Assembly: GCA_008369845.1 (NCBI GenBank)
Contig: MRSU01007270.1
Coordinates: forward strand, 1 to 61,013
Length of the DNA: 61,013 bases
From: Trichomonas gallinae
Taxonomy: Eukaryota
Direction: 5' to 3'
Positions 1 to 11,858 of the stretch are shown piece after piece. The translations under genes were made by a program, and so were the position numbers. The notes under the pieces were generated by a model, which did no database searches, was not told the origin of the DNA, and was given only the letters and a program-made list of their open reading frames with translations. How positions within the stretch are numbered: position 1 is the first letter of the stretch; each line of letters begins with the position of its first letter.

Positions 1-199
1 TGAATTCACTCACAAATTATTCAAAGACCTTTCAATCAATTGAGAACTTTGAGAGCCGGGCGTGTTTGACACCCACAACAGTTCAAGAATATATATTTAT
101 AATCAAAATCGTGAGCATAGCGAATTCAGTCTAAATTTTCACAATTTTCTAATATTATATCAAATAGAATTATGAATGAAAAGAATACAAACAATAAAT

Positions 200-3100
200 T
201 TATTTCATTAATTTGTTGCATTTGTTCACAATTTGCTTAAATCCAAACTTATTTGCAGCATCACGAACTTCAGTATACAACTCAATGGATAAAGCTTGAT
301 TTGGTGTTTTTGCAGCAGCAAATGCTTCTTCGATATTTCCAACTTTGCAAAATGATTTGCATCTTGCACTATCACCAACTACATTCTCCTTGATGAACGA
401 TGTAATATACTTCATGTTTTCCTCTGAACTCTGTGTTTGCTTTTCAAAAACCAATGAAACCAAAATTCCGACACAAAGATCATATTCGAACCCCTGGACT
501 TTGCGAGACAATGTCTTCATCCATCTTTGAAGGCTTCCTTCGCCGCTCTTTATCAGACTGTTGACAAGTCTCTCGCATACTTCTTCGAACGTGAAGAAAG
601 AGGCAAGATCAGGTAATATATCCAAAACTATTGTAATTTCGCAGAGTCTCATCAGCATCGTGCAAACAGCCATTGCATCATCTGATGAATAAACGATACT
701 TATCGATGTCGAAAAGCTGATTTCACGTCTCCTGCAGACATCAATAATTACCTTTTGGTTCTCGCATCTGTTCTTCAAGAAGACATATTTCTTCTTTTCG
801 ACGAGCGAGTTATTGGCTTTGACAACATTATCCAATGCTTTGATCAATTCATCGATGTAAAATTCCATTTCATCCCATGATGTGCTGTTTTGCAAACTCG
901 ATGTTAAAACGGAAACTAATTTAGTTGATATATCTAACGATTTGAATATATCAGTGAGCATCTTGTAGCATTTGCTCTTTTCGATTCTGTCAATTAATTT
1001 GTCGAAGTTTTCTTCTGACAAAATCTTTCTTTGGCTGTATTTCTGCCAGAGAACTGCCCAAGCAACTTGCGACGTTGAAATAGCAGGAATTAGTATATTA
1101 TCAAAGAAGAATTTGTCATCGCCTTCAGCAATGCAGAAAATATCAAATGCTTGGTCAAATTTTAAGTTTTGGATGCAAAAAGTGCAAGCGCTGTCAAATA
1201 TTTGTAGCTGCAGCAAAACATCTGAAACGTGTGTAATGACTGGATTAACACGCGAATAACTAGGAATCTTGATGCTTCTATAGTTCTTCCTGAAAGCTTC
1301 TAAGTCATCTATTTCCTTTGGAACAGTCAGTTGCATTTTTGACATCATCGTTCTGATAATTTTATCACCGAATTCTTTCGATTTCGATTGTCTTTGCAAT
1401 AAACCCATTGACTGTCTTGATAAAGATAACTTAGCACAAATAACAGAAAACTCTTCTCCATATGGAGTGAAGCTGACTGAATAAGCATTGCATAGTTCAT
1501 CTAATGTATCTAAATCATCGACTTTGAAACAAATGTCAATCAAATTCTTATGATCCGATAAACGATAATTGATGTCATAACGAGAATTGACGAATTTTCC
1601 AACAAATCTTAGCAAAGAATTAAATTTCGCATCTTGTAGAACTCTAAGTTCTCTTAATAACAAAAATATTTCATACTCATCCTCGCTGTTATCGATTTCA
1701 TATGTTTTGAAGAATTCTTCTGTTAAGTTTCTTATCATTTCGTGATCTTTCGATTTGAAAATATATGTTCTTAATGCTGATATCTGCTGACCATATTTCC
1801 TTCTCTCCTTCATGTACCAGTTGAGTAATTTTTCATTGTCTTCTTTGATTTTTGCAACTTTCTCGATGTTTTTATTTTCGAACCAATTCTTTTGTATTTC
1901 GATGATTTTGCTTTCGACTTGGTTCTTAGTCTGATCAGGCATTTTGTAAAGATAACTGTAAAGCAACTGTGCTGACTTCTTGAAAACATTGTTGACGTTT
2001 GATGGTAAATATTTCGTGAAGAATTTCAAAAATTGATTTTGTAGATTAAAATCGTTGATAAAAATATTCAGCAAATAATGATTTGACAATGATAATAAAT
2101 AGTCAAATATATTTGTTGCATTCATTGACGTAATTCCAAGCTTCTGCAAACCAACCAATGATTTTCTGTCAGCGAATGGTAAAAATTGAAACAAATCAAA
2201 TGGTGAGAATTTTGATAAATTGTTCAAAACTTCTTTTTCGAACAAATCTGATCTTCTGTAATACAAGTCATCCATGAGATCATAGTCTATGGGTTTCGTT
2301 GTCTTGAACTGGTTGTAGAAATCGAAGTCGCTCATTACAGCAAAATCAGGATCGATTTCTTTCTGATTGAATAAATTGTTCAAAGGTGAATTTCCTTCTA
2401 TTTTCGCTATATTAGGATTATTAATCAATAAAGCATAAGCGGCTGGTTCACATTTCTTCTTGATAAGTGAATAAACGTATTCATTAACTTCATAAAGATT
2501 TTCGTGCATCAAAATTTGTTCGTATGAATTATTTCCAAGCAATATTCTCAAACTTTCTTCTTCAGTAATAAAAGCAGTTTCAACAATGATTTGCACAAGT
2601 TCAGGTATCCTCATTCTTCCTTTCTTTTGTATCTTGGCTCTCCTCATCAATCTTGAATATGCATATCTATATCTCATGAAATCGCTGAAATATCCGCCGA
2701 AATTCATGCAAATAAATCCGATGTATTTAAATGAATCCAATCCTTGATCAATTTGCTCTCTTCCAATTATATCTAAAGGATTCTTGTTTTGTTTGCGTTT
2801 TTCGATTAATTCTTTGACATATGGTTTTTCGCTTTTGACATTTTCTGTTTGATTTATGTTTGTTGTCAAGAATTTTTCGACGAAGAAGATGTCAGGTTTT
2901 TCGTAGAAATCTGATTTTTCGCAAACAACGCACATAACTATATCAAACAGAATTGGTAGATTAGCTGACATGTTCATTGCAATATCCGGCTCATTCATAT
3001 TCAGCATCTGCAAAACTCCATCTTGTGTTGATACTAAAGCGCTCTCGAGATTTTGGCTTCCGACAATTTTAGAAAATAAAAATCTTCCTGTTGCTGATCT

Positions 3101-4477
3101 CATGAATTTCTCGTCGCTCATGAATCCTGATATGCACAACAATATTGATTCTGCCATCGCTATATCGCATACGTATTTGTTGTCCTTCTGTAAGAAAATT
3201 AATGAAAAAACGTCGACAACAATATTTTTCCTTTTTTCTTCATCTTCAATCATTGTCAATAATTCGCCGATTTGTAGTGGTTTCTGGAATTTAATGAATT
3301 CTAGAACGTTATATATGGCTAGATAACCAAGTAAAAATGCAAAATCAGCATTTTTGTCTAAATCTGTAATATTAAAATATCTTCTTTGTGAAAGATCTTC
3401 TATTTCTCTGATATCGAGCTTGTTTATGCTTGGAAATAGGATTTGTGCGAATGATGAAATTTGAAAATCAGTAGGAATCATCTCTAATCCTGTTGATGAA
3501 TTTACAAAATCTGTAATTACGTAATCATTGACAATTCTGTTGATAATATCACATGGAGAGTTGAATCCTGTTAGTTTTCGAAGGTTAGGAATGAAATCTT
3601 CGCTGTCTTTGTAAACTTCATAAAAACACATGAAAACATAACCGATAAGATCAGGATATTTCTTCATAGATTCGCAGTATGCGTTGAAATTACCTGAATT
3701 CAGTAGGTTTAAAGGCTGCTGTAGTACTAAGTCAATCAGATGCGATTTTTTGACGATGCAAGTATTGGAAATTTGAAAATGCGAACCTTGATTGAATAAT
3801 TCTGACCTATGTAGTGAAGGCTCTGAGAAGTATACAAGCTTTTGAAGGACTGATTGAACATTTTGAATTTTTAATAGAAAAAAGTTATTGAAAAACGAGG
3901 ATAAATTGGAATTATTGAGTTTTGACACATCAAATGCTTGTACTGTTTGCTCTGTTAAGAACGGCTTCATTGCAAAAGTATCAAATCCCATTTTCCTAAA
4001 CAACTCTTTTGCTTGAACATTATTCAGAATAAAATCTACTGTAGGAATGACAGATGTATAAACTTGCTGGTTCTGATTGTATACATGCGCGAGAATTTTA
4101 ATTGCATTTTGAGAAACAATATCTGCTGGATCGAATGTTGATAAAATCTCATATAACTCGTGTGCCCATGTATATTTGAGTGATTTAATGATAGAATGAT
4201 AGAAATCTTGTGGTAATTCGATTGTTTGATTTAAAATTGACGCAGCAATAAAAGCCTTCCATCTTACTTTGGTGTAATTCTCACAGTTGTTGTTAGGAGT
4301 GAATATTTTCGGAGCAGAAGAGAATATTATCGATGATAAAATTGATTCGGATTTTTCATGATCTAATAATAATGCATAAGCAGCAGCCAAACTTTCTTGG
4401 CCGAGGAATACATGTCGAATCAGTTGCTGCTCCATAACATTTTTCGGTAAATTTTCTTCAATAATGAAATTCGACAT
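200..4477 (-). CDS. Large alpha-helical protein, spastizin (SPG15/ZFYVE26)-like C-terminus
   Basis: 1425-aa ATG ORF. The C-terminus ARCKSFCKVGNIEEAFAAAK...VRDAANKFGFKQIVNKCNKLM resembles my recollection of the spastizin C-terminal helices. No FYVE Cys pattern is visible. The gene is certain; the identity is tentative. Confidence 0.55.
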   Translation of the reverse strand: MSNFIIEENLPKNVMEQQLIRHVFLGQESLAAAYALLLDHEKSESILSSIIFSSAPKIFTPNNNCENYTKVRWKAFIAASILNQTIELPQDFYHSIIKSLKYTWAHELYEILSTFDPADIVSQNAIKILAHVYNQNQQVYTSVIPTVDFILNNVQAKELFRKMGFDTFAMKPFLTEQTVQAFDVSKLNNSNLSSFFNNFFLLKIQNVQSVLQKLVYFSEPSLHRSELFNQGSHFQISNTCIVKKSHLIDLVLQQPLNLLNSGNFNAYCESMKKYPDLIGYVFMCFYEVYKDSEDFIPNLRKLTGFNSPCDIINRIVNDYVITDFVNSSTGLEMIPTDFQISSFAQILFPSINKLDIREIEDLSQRRYFNITDLDKNADFAFLLGYLAIYNVLEFIKFQKPLQIGELLTMIEDEEKRKNIVVDVFSLIFLQKDNKYVCDIAMAESILLCISGFMSDEKFMRSATGRFLFSKIVGSQNLESALVSTQDGVLQMLNMNEPDIAMNMSANLPILFDIVMCVVCEKSDFYEKPDIFFVEKFLTTNINQTENVKSEKPYVKELIEKRKQNKNPLDIIGREQIDQGLDSFKYIGFICMNFGGYFSDFMRYRYAYSRLMRRAKIQKKGRMRIPELVQIIVETAFITEEESLRILLGNNSYEQILMHENLYEVNEYVYSLIKKKCEPAAYALLINNPNIAKIEGNSPLNNLFNQKEIDPDFAVMSDFDFYNQFKTTKPIDYDLMDDLYYRRSDLFEKEVLNNLSKFSPFDLFQFLPFADRKSLVGLQKLGITSMNATNIFDYLLSLSNHYLLNIFINDFNLQNQFLKFFTKYLPSNVNNVFKKSAQLLYSYLYKMPDQTKNQVESKIIEIQKNWFENKNIEKVAKIKEDNEKLLNWYMKERRKYGQQISALRTYIFKSKDHEMIRNLTEEFFKTYEIDNSEDEYEIFLLLRELRVLQDAKFNSLLRFVGKFVNSRYDINYRLSDHKNLIDICFKVDDLDTLDELCNAYSVSFTPYGEEFSVICAKLSLSRQSMGLLQRQSKSKEFGDKIIRTMMSKMQLTVPKEIDDLEAFRKNYRSIKIPSYSRVNPVITHVSDVLLQLQIFDSACTFCIQNLKFDQAFDIFCIAEGDDKFFFDNILIPAISTSQVAWAVLWQKYSQRKILSEENFDKLIDRIEKSKCYKMLTDIFKSLDISTKLVSVLTSSLQNSTSWDEMEFYIDELIKALDNVVKANNSLVEKKKYVFLKNRCENQKVIIDVCRRREISFSTSISIVYSSDDAMAVCTMLMRLCEITIVLDILPDLASFFTFEEVCERLVNSLIKSGEGSLQRWMKTLSRKVQGFEYDLCVGILVSLVFEKQTQSSEENMKYITSFIKENVVGDSARCKSFCKVGNIEEAFAAAKTPNQALSIELYTEVRDAANKFGFKQIVNKCNKLMK

Positions 4478-5030
4478 GTTTGATTTAAGGTTTAAGTGTC
4501 AAAATATAAAAAAAACATCAAGAAAAAATTAGTTTTTTATGATAAATAATAGAGAAAAATTATTATAAATTAAAATTAATTAATCTATATATACTATATA
4601 TTCATTATAAAATAATTAAATATAATTTTCTTGGTTGTATTATAAAATAAATTAAACTTTTCATCACCGAGAAAATGAATTTTTTAAAAAAGATAAAAGA
4701 ATTTAAATTTAGAATATACTAATAGTTATCTATTAGATTATTTGTTTATTTCTACCAAATTTAATTTTTTATATAATATCGAAAAACGAAATCTCAAAAT
4801 CAAAAGCTATCTTTGTGAAAATACCAATTCCCATGTCCAATGTTATATATTAAAGTGGAGATTGGCTGCATAAGAGTTTGATTAAATAATAATGACAATG
4901 TTGTATAAGGAAAAATCATTGAAAGATTTTGAAATTATGACATACAAGATTATTTTATTGTAAAATAAATCTAATTAACGTCATCGGGAGGGTATCGAAG
5001 GAAATTGATCGATAAAGTTAAATATTGGAT

Positions 5031-5600
5031 TTACTCCTTAGCTGGGTTAGCCTTGGCAGCGCGGCGGTAGCCTCTTTTGAAAGCTGGTCTGCGGATGAGT
5101 GGTCTAGCAATGCGAACCTGGATTGTTGCATCACCAATCTTGATTTCACGTGTGTTCTTGATGGCTGTCATGAGGGCTGCTTCGTTCTCGAAGATAACGA
5201 AGGCGAAACCGCGGATGTCACCTCTTGGTGGGTGGATTGAAACGGACTTGCCAGTTGGGAAGGCAGCCTTGATTTGCTCCTGTGTTGTGGACTCTGCAAT
5301 TCCACCAAGGAAGGCTGTTGTGTGCTCGCGCTTAACTGGTGGGCGGGATGCGACAACCTTGAGTGTGCGGCCACCGATAACGAGTGGTGTTTTCTGGCAC
5401 TCGTCGATAGCCTTCTTGGCTGCCTCGGCTGTCTCGAACTCAACGAAACCAAAACCGCGGGAAGTGATCTTTCCACGGAATCTGTATGTGATGATACGGG
5501 CCTTTGTGACCTTTCCGAACTTGTCAAACTCTGTGCCAAGTGTTGTTGTGTCTGTTTCGTAGTTCAAGTTGCCAACGTATACTGTCTTATTATCAGCCAT
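5031..5600 (-). CDS. RNA-binding protein with two RRM domains
   Basis: RNP2 VYVGNL plus RNP1 RGFGFVEF; second RRM AFLGGI plus RGFAFVIF. C-ending codon bias suggests high expression. Confidence 0.93.
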   Translation of the reverse strand: MADNKTVYVGNLNYETDTTTLGTEFDKFGKVTKARIITYRFRGKITSRGFGFVEFETAEAAKKAIDECQKTPLVIGGRTLKVVASRPPVKREHTTAFLGGIAESTTQEQIKAAFPTGKSVSIHPPRGDIRGFAFVIFENEAALMTAIKNTREIKIGDATIQVRIARPLIRRPAFKRGYRRAAKANPAKE

Positions 5601-5606
5601 TCACGG

Positions 5607-5640
5607 AGAAATGTGAAATGGCTAGGCAAAACCGTTTTTT
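5607..5640 (-). promoter_or_regulatory. Core promoter: M3-like AACGGTTT plus Inr TCACAT
   Basis: Minus strand reads AAAAAACGGTTTTGCCTAGCCATTTCACATTTCTCCGTGA-ATG. Confidence 0.6.
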
Positions 5641-8494
5641 CATCAACCTCCAAAATTGTAAACGGTTATTTCACTTGTTAAGTCTCCTTTTTACAGTCAT
5701 GTAATCACGGATAACGCAAAATCAGCAAATTTCGCTTTTTGATAAAAATTCTGCCGATAAAATCCTTAAAAAAAATTTACAAAAAACGATTATTTTCGCC
5801 TCAAAAATAAAAATTTTAAAAATCAAAATAATCGTATTTTATATAATTATCAATAATGTACCATTTTTATTTTCTTCTACGCCCGTAAAATTTATAAATA
5901 TTAAACTGATTTTAAAATCATAAATAAACACTAAAATAATAATCAATAGCTGGAGATAAACCGATTGTGATATCGAATGCGACCAAATAAGAATTTCACT
6001 TCAAATATCTTATTGCTTTTTAGTAGAAAGATTAAAAATCGCTCTTTTCGCTTAAATAATCATATAAACCACCACTTATTGGACTGTTTGGTCGTAGTTG
6101 AACAGAATGAGAATCGATTTTCCCCACGGCCAGATATCACAAAGTCAAAAAAAGCGGTGTTATACTATTAATCTTGTTTGTATTGTAATTTTTTGAGAGT
6201 CTAATTACTTCATTAAATTATTACTGATTTTAATGCCAATTTTAATATTGTTTCATCCTGAAATCTTGCGAAATTATATAATTTTAGGTATGTTAGTTAT
6301 GCTAATGATTGTTCTATTAACTTTGATTATTAATTTGGTTTAGTTTCTTGAGCAGAAATAAACGACATTATGGATCATCGATAATTGGTGATAACATTAA
6401 AGGAGTAGTATGCTTGGGATCTGATGAATGAGTCTGTAACCTACAAATGTTGGAAAACCAGGTTTTTTATTAAGTCTTAAAAATAAAAAAATTTCCTTAG
6501 ATTTTTATGGTATTTTGGTGCTTATTTAGCTCACATTAGATTGATAGCGTTGAAATTTTATGAGTTTAATCCTTGAAAAAATATTGGAAATAATTTCTAG
6601 ACGATAATATATCATTTTTATGTATGATTTATATTACATTGGTTATTTATATGTAGAAAACAATGATGAAATCTCTCTATCTACAAATAATTTTGAAAAA
6701 GAATTATTGAATCTTTACGAATATACTATTAAGCATACAATGCATGCATATACTGGCACTTTATTGTATGATACTTTTAAGTCATATCCACAGTTGTTTT
6801 TCAAATTTCTTGATATAAAACAATCAAAAATGAATATCTGCTTGTGTTTTCATGTAGATAACATATCATTGCTATACATAAAGAGTTTAACACTGAAAAT
6901 AACAAGATGCCTGTAAAATCAAACAAGGAATTGAATTTATTTTCAAAATTATTAATATTGCATGCTTTTGTAGATTTAATCCAATTAAAAACGTATATAG
7001 CATGATATTTACTAAAGTTAAGCGTTCACAGACACGAATTTTTATTAGGAGATTATTTATCACAGGTAAATACATGGTTCAAAACATATTTTGATGAGTA
7101 TTATTATTCATATTGAGTTTAATAATGCATTGCTAGAATTTGAATATTATTTAATCACAGTATTCGAAAAGCAATACTACTAAAATGCTAAAAACAGGTA
7201 CATAATAGCTTTACACCATATATATGTATGTATTAGACTTCAGATCAAGGATAATGAAGATGTATATATGAGTGGCGTGCTATAAATTAATTAAAAATTT
7301 GCTATTTCGAAGAAGGAAATGAGAATATTCAAATAAATACAGCATGTAGACATAATATTGCGTGAACAAAGACCATACATCCTTCAAACGTCGATTCTTT
7401 TCAAAAATCAAATTTACAGGTCTTATGAAAACAATCTGTGGTTTTTGGATAAGTGGATTCTAAAATGGAAGAATAAGCATATATTTCCGACATATTTCTC
7501 TAATACAAAACATACAAAATTTATGAGTTGAATGAAAAAATAAAAAAATCAAAAGTGATCACTCATAAAAAACTTCAAAATTAGGTTGGAAACAAGAAAT
7601 AGGAACTATTTTCTCGATCATGTTGTAAAATTTAGGCAAAATTGAAAAGATAAGGAATATTGGTGTTAAAAATCTCATTTTTGGAATGTTTCACAGCAGA
7701 ATATTCATACATATCAGCATTATAAAACATATTTTGGATTTGAATAGTGAAATATATAATGTCTGAAAACTTAATAATATTTCTTATAATAATGCTATTG
7801 GTGTCACTTATAATATGTATGCTTCGATAATATTGTGTGATCAACGTGCCTTTGAAACTTTTTCACTCAAATTCTGGACTTAACAATTAATTGCCTCAAA
7901 AAATACAATGCATGATCCACAATATTGCGGTATATTTGAAATATATGACTTCTGTGTGTATCATTAGTTGTTATCTTTTGCGATAATATTTGAAAGTTTG
8001 TGAATAATTCCTGAGATTTCATTGAAAAGTGCATCAATTCGGGTTTCTGTTCTTATATATTTACCCAATATGTTGCGGTTCCCTTAAAACTTTGAATAAT
8101 CGCTCTAAATTCATAATAATTATATTTTCAAAAAAGTATTCAAACCATAAAAATCAATGAATTAAACAATCTACGCAAATCAACAAATTATTTAGTTTAT
8201 TTGAGTCCACACCTGTAATTTTCTATGGTCCTGATTTTACTCCTTTACCGTTAATAAGTAGATCTCCTCCGATCTATATTTCGATTTTTCAATGCATTTC
8301 AATATATTGTGTGTTTGTTTCAAAATTCTGATATTTAACGGCATTGAAAAAAAATATTGATATCATTCTCTATTCAAAAATCTATTAAAATGTCTACATC
8401 TGATAATACTAAAGTTGCTATTGCATAGATTGTTATTACAAAATCAAAAACAATTAATTTGAATCATGCTAACAAAAAATAATCATTATTTTTG

Positions 8495-8962
8495 ATGATG
8501 CAATACATGAAGGATGTCATCGCTACGAGAAGAATGAGGAAGTTCAAGAGTCATGATCCACAGAACCTCTCAGATCAGAAGTTAATCATGAAGAGAATTA
8601 AAGAAACTGGTGTAAGAATGGATTATGTTGACGCATACATAGAGCGGAATTTAAATTCACACATAACTTTCAAGACAATGTTATCATTCGCAAGAAGAAT
8701 TGCTAAAGAACTCGGTTTGAGAGTCGACAGACTGGCTAAACGCAACAGAAACGCTTTACTTTGTTGGTTTGCGGAAAATTGGGAAATTCTTGAGCCAAGA
8801 ATCTGCGAGATTAAAATAGATAAGGATGAAGACATTTCATCTCCCTCGGAAGATGAGAAGCCGGTTTTGCCTGAAATTGGAGAATTGATTAAAGATATCA
8901 AAATTCAGAATTTTGTCTATCCTGATCCATCTGATATCTTCCAGTTACTTAACTTTCACTGA
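8495..8962 (+). CDS. Trichomonad-type small basic hypothetical protein (DRLAKR...LLCWFAENW motif), possibly DNA-binding
   Basis: ATG at 8495 follows Inr-like TCATT. The motif RVDRLAKRNRNALLCWFAENW is recalled from a trichomonad multigene family. Acidic C-terminal tail. Confidence 0.7.
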   Translation: MMQYMKDVIATRRMRKFKSHDPQNLSDQKLIMKRIKETGVRMDYVDAYIERNLNSHITFKTMLSFARRIAKELGLRVDRLAKRNRNALLCWFAENWEILEPRICEIKIDKDEDISSPSEDEKPVLPEIGELIKDIKIQNFVYPDPSDIFQLLNFH

Positions 8963-9619
8963 TTTATATATTTATGTTTTGTATTTAACAAACATGCAAT
9001 AATTATGAAATATTTGAAAAAAATGTTTTTTATTATTAATTAAACATTACTTTCATGATAAATTGATTTACTAGTCATTATATATGTTGTTATTTGATTC
9101 GATTTGACTCAATTTTCTTATTAGCGTGATATTAAATTATTTTTATTATTTCCATAAAAAATTTTGAGAATAATTCATTCCTCTATCTAAATCAATAGTT
9201 TACATAAAATTCTTTATCCTCTTTTTTTTAATTTTTATATCATCAAAAATAATTTTAATTTTATGATTTTTTTATGAAATTTATTCAATCGATATCAAAA
9301 AATCAATATTTTTGTTTTTAGAATAATGTGATGTGCTACATTTTTGCATTCAAATCAGAATTATTAATAAAATTATAAAAACTATTTTACAAATTTAAAT
9401 CAAATTATTTGCAATTGGAAAATTTTTAAAATTAACAATTATATTTTAACAATGTTACTAAACATAATTAATTCATTGAATAATAAAAGGCAATATGCAG
9501 AGATTGTTCTATCATTTTCGTATTATTATCTTGATTATTTGAAGTAAATTTCAAATAAATGAAAATTACACAATTTATCACTTATTAAAAGATAAATAAT
9601 TAGCATGATTTAAATATGA

Positions 9620-10150
9620 ATATCTTTACGAAGCAACTGAATAAGAATAGAATAATGCTGCATACTTTGTTTGTTTGTTGTAATCTAGCCTAAGAGTCTT
9701 ACTATTTAGCTTTATTTGACAAATTTTTATGTGTTTCACGTCATATATATTTGCATTGGTATCTAAAATAAATGAACTTTGTCCAACTCTAGTCATATTG
9801 TTAAAATAACTTTTCTTAAAAATTACTTTTGCATAATTATTTATAAAATTATAGATATATAAATTTCTAAAGTTGGGGCAGCTGAATATATCAAAGAATT
9901 TCCGCAGTTAGGATTGTTGACAAAATTTGTAAAAGCCATAGTTAATCGCTACTACCCTGATTAAATGCGAAGGTCTGGTCATTATACGAAGTTTTATTTG
10001 CAAAATTTGAAAAATTGATATAAGAAACATTTAATATGTATGCTACACAATATGCTGAATTGTGATCTAGATAATTATTCGTTGAATTTACTGTATAAAT
10101 AACAATTTTTCCACTACATATTCCAGATGCTCCATATTTATCTGAAATCA
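9620..10150 (-). pseudogene. 5'-truncated, frameshifted tandem paralog of the 10403-11344 gene
   Basis: STNNYLDHNSAYCVAYI matches STYNYLDHNSAYCIAHI. After a 1-nt shift near 9945 it continues TMAFTNFVNNPNCGNSLIY, matching TISYSNFLKNPLCGNAVIY. The downstream (low-coordinate) boundary is approximate. Confidence 0.85.
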
Positions 10151-10160
10151 ATTCAACATA

Positions 10161-10230
10161 TTAAATTGCATGCAATAACTCAAGTGTAATTCATTTAAAA
10201 ATTACACTTGAGTTATTGCCTGCAATTTAA
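10161..10230. repeat. 31-bp inverted repeat (hairpin/cruciform)
   Basis: TTAAATTGCATGCAATAACTCAAGTGTAATT ... AATTACACTTGAGTTATTGCCTGCAATTTAA; 1 mismatch, 8-nt loop. Confidence 0.92.
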
Positions 10231-10402
10231 CATGGAATTTTAGAATTATTTTCTATAATAAATTCAAATAACCGAAATATGCTGTAAGACATTGAATTCA
10301 CAACGGTTACATATTGAAATAGATTTAATTTAAAACTATAAATAATACAGAATATATTATCATCATATTGTTATATGATTTTTAATTTAAAATGATAAAA
10401 TC

Positions 10403-11344
10403 CTATTTCAATGAAATTGCACACGATTGAAATACTTCAAATGCTATATTATGGAAATTATAAGGTATATTAACATCATCACTTTCAATTATTCCCATAA
10501 AACATCCACTGATGCTTAATTCATTTGTGAATTTTGAATCTGATGTACCAATAAGCGATCCGGAACCAATTTTTGTCATTTTTTCTACAAAGCTTTGCTT
10601 GAGGAAGACTTTTACATTATATCCATCAAGATTAAAGGTAGATGAACCTAAATTATTAAAGATGCTACACTTAAACATTTCAATTTTTAAAAGATATGTG
10701 TATATTACCGCGTTTCCACACAATGGATTTTTTAAAAAATTTGAATATGAAATTGTTAGATCTGAATTTCCACCAGTAAAAGCTAATGGATGATTTTTGT
10801 TATAGGCAGAGTTGTTAACAAAGTTAGAAAAGTTTAAATGTGAAGAACCATAAATATGTGCTATACAATAGGCAGAATTATGGTCCAGATAATTATATGT
10901 TGAATTTACTTTGTTTAACGATGCTTTTCCGCTTACGATAGCAAAAGCACCATCATATTGATTTGAATAAAACGTTGTCATTGATGCAGAGATAAAAAAG
11001 TTTCGACTTTTACTGTCCCTATTTGTGGTCACCCAACAATAATGCACATTACCTTCACTTGTAAGATTGAATGCACATATTTTATCTTGAACAATTTCTC
11101 CATAAAATTTTTCTGCATATACGATTCCACCCCAACTTTTTGAATGACAATTATGAAAACTACATTCTTCAATCAACACACAGTTAGTTGAAGTTTGAAA
11201 ATTTAAAATTATCACTTTGTCTTTTGATTGTTTAAAATCGGAATCATGAATGTAATAGTTTTTCGCAGTTGTAATTTCCGATCTATTATGCACAACTTCT
11301 TCATGCGAAGTATTTCCATAATACCAGACCCAGTCTGCAAACAT
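10403..11344 (-). CDS. Asn/Ser/Cys-rich trichomonad family protein, probable beta-helix (pectin-lyase/Pmp-like) fold
   Basis: 313 aa with recurring (C/S)xFxNN and GG motifs. Similar in pattern to 25939-27009. Confidence 0.65.
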   Translation of the reverse strand: MFADWVWYYGNTSHEEVVHNRSEITTAKNYYIHDSDFKQSKDKVIILNFQTSTNCVLIEECSFHNCHSKSWGGIVYAEKFYGEIVQDKICAFNLTSEGNVHYCWVTTNRDSKSRNFFISASMTTFYSNQYDGAFAIVSGKASLNKVNSTYNYLDHNSAYCIAHIYGSSHLNFSNFVNNSAYNKNHPLAFTGGNSDLTISYSNFLKNPLCGNAVIYTYLLKIEMFKCSIFNNLGSSTFNLDGYNVKVFLKQSFVEKMTKIGSGSLIGTSDSKFTNELSISGCFMGIIESDDVNIPYNFHNIAFEVFQSCAISLK

Positions 11345-11858
11345 CAGGTAAAATTGATTGAATTTTTGGTTTTTGGATAAATAAGTATTTTAAATTGTTA
11401 CATATTATCATTTACTGCAATCTGGTATTCAAGATCTATTCATAGAAGAATTGCAGATGAGTTTAGATTGCAATTCATAAAGAATTGAAAGAATTTTCCA
11501 ACCATAATTTCAATTTTTCACAGTAAAAATAACCGTTAAGTACTGTGAAAAATAATGATAAAAAACTGCATAAATTAAATTCCATGCTATTTTGAATAGA
11601 AACAAAATTGTATCAGCTCACAAAAACAACGGTTTATGACTGTAAAATTTTCCTGAGTCTATTGACTAAACCTTAAATTTATTTAATCATTGAACTTCAT
11701 TCCATTTCTGATGATCCTTGGAATTTGAATCAGTTATTTTTCCAGCATTCAAAATTAGTGAAGATCTCTTATTTTGATCTTTCGTTATGTAACTTAATAT
11801 AATTAATAACAAAACAAACTTTATTTTATTAATAAACAAATATATATAAATAACAAAT

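Noticed and set aside
1..100. Possible gene end (EFTHKLFKDLSIN*) and a small GC-rich hairpin at the left edge
   Set aside because: Too little sequence to support a call.
5025..5681. Multiple overlapping and antisense ORFs over the RRM gene (likewise over 36909-37548, 43432-45843 and 52420-52921)
   Set aside because: Expected shadows of GC-richer, codon-biased genes; many start at TTG/GTG and show no protein motifs.
6421..6462. CTGATGA...GAAA hammerhead-ribozyme-like core
   Set aside because: Stem II and the flanking stems do not pair.
5977..7844. Short AT-rich ORFs (5977, 6620, 6887, 7632; also 19036, 28789, 46789)
   Set aside because: Ile/Asn/Tyr/Phe-rich composition typical of random AT-rich DNA, with no motifs; at most unrecognisable gene relics.
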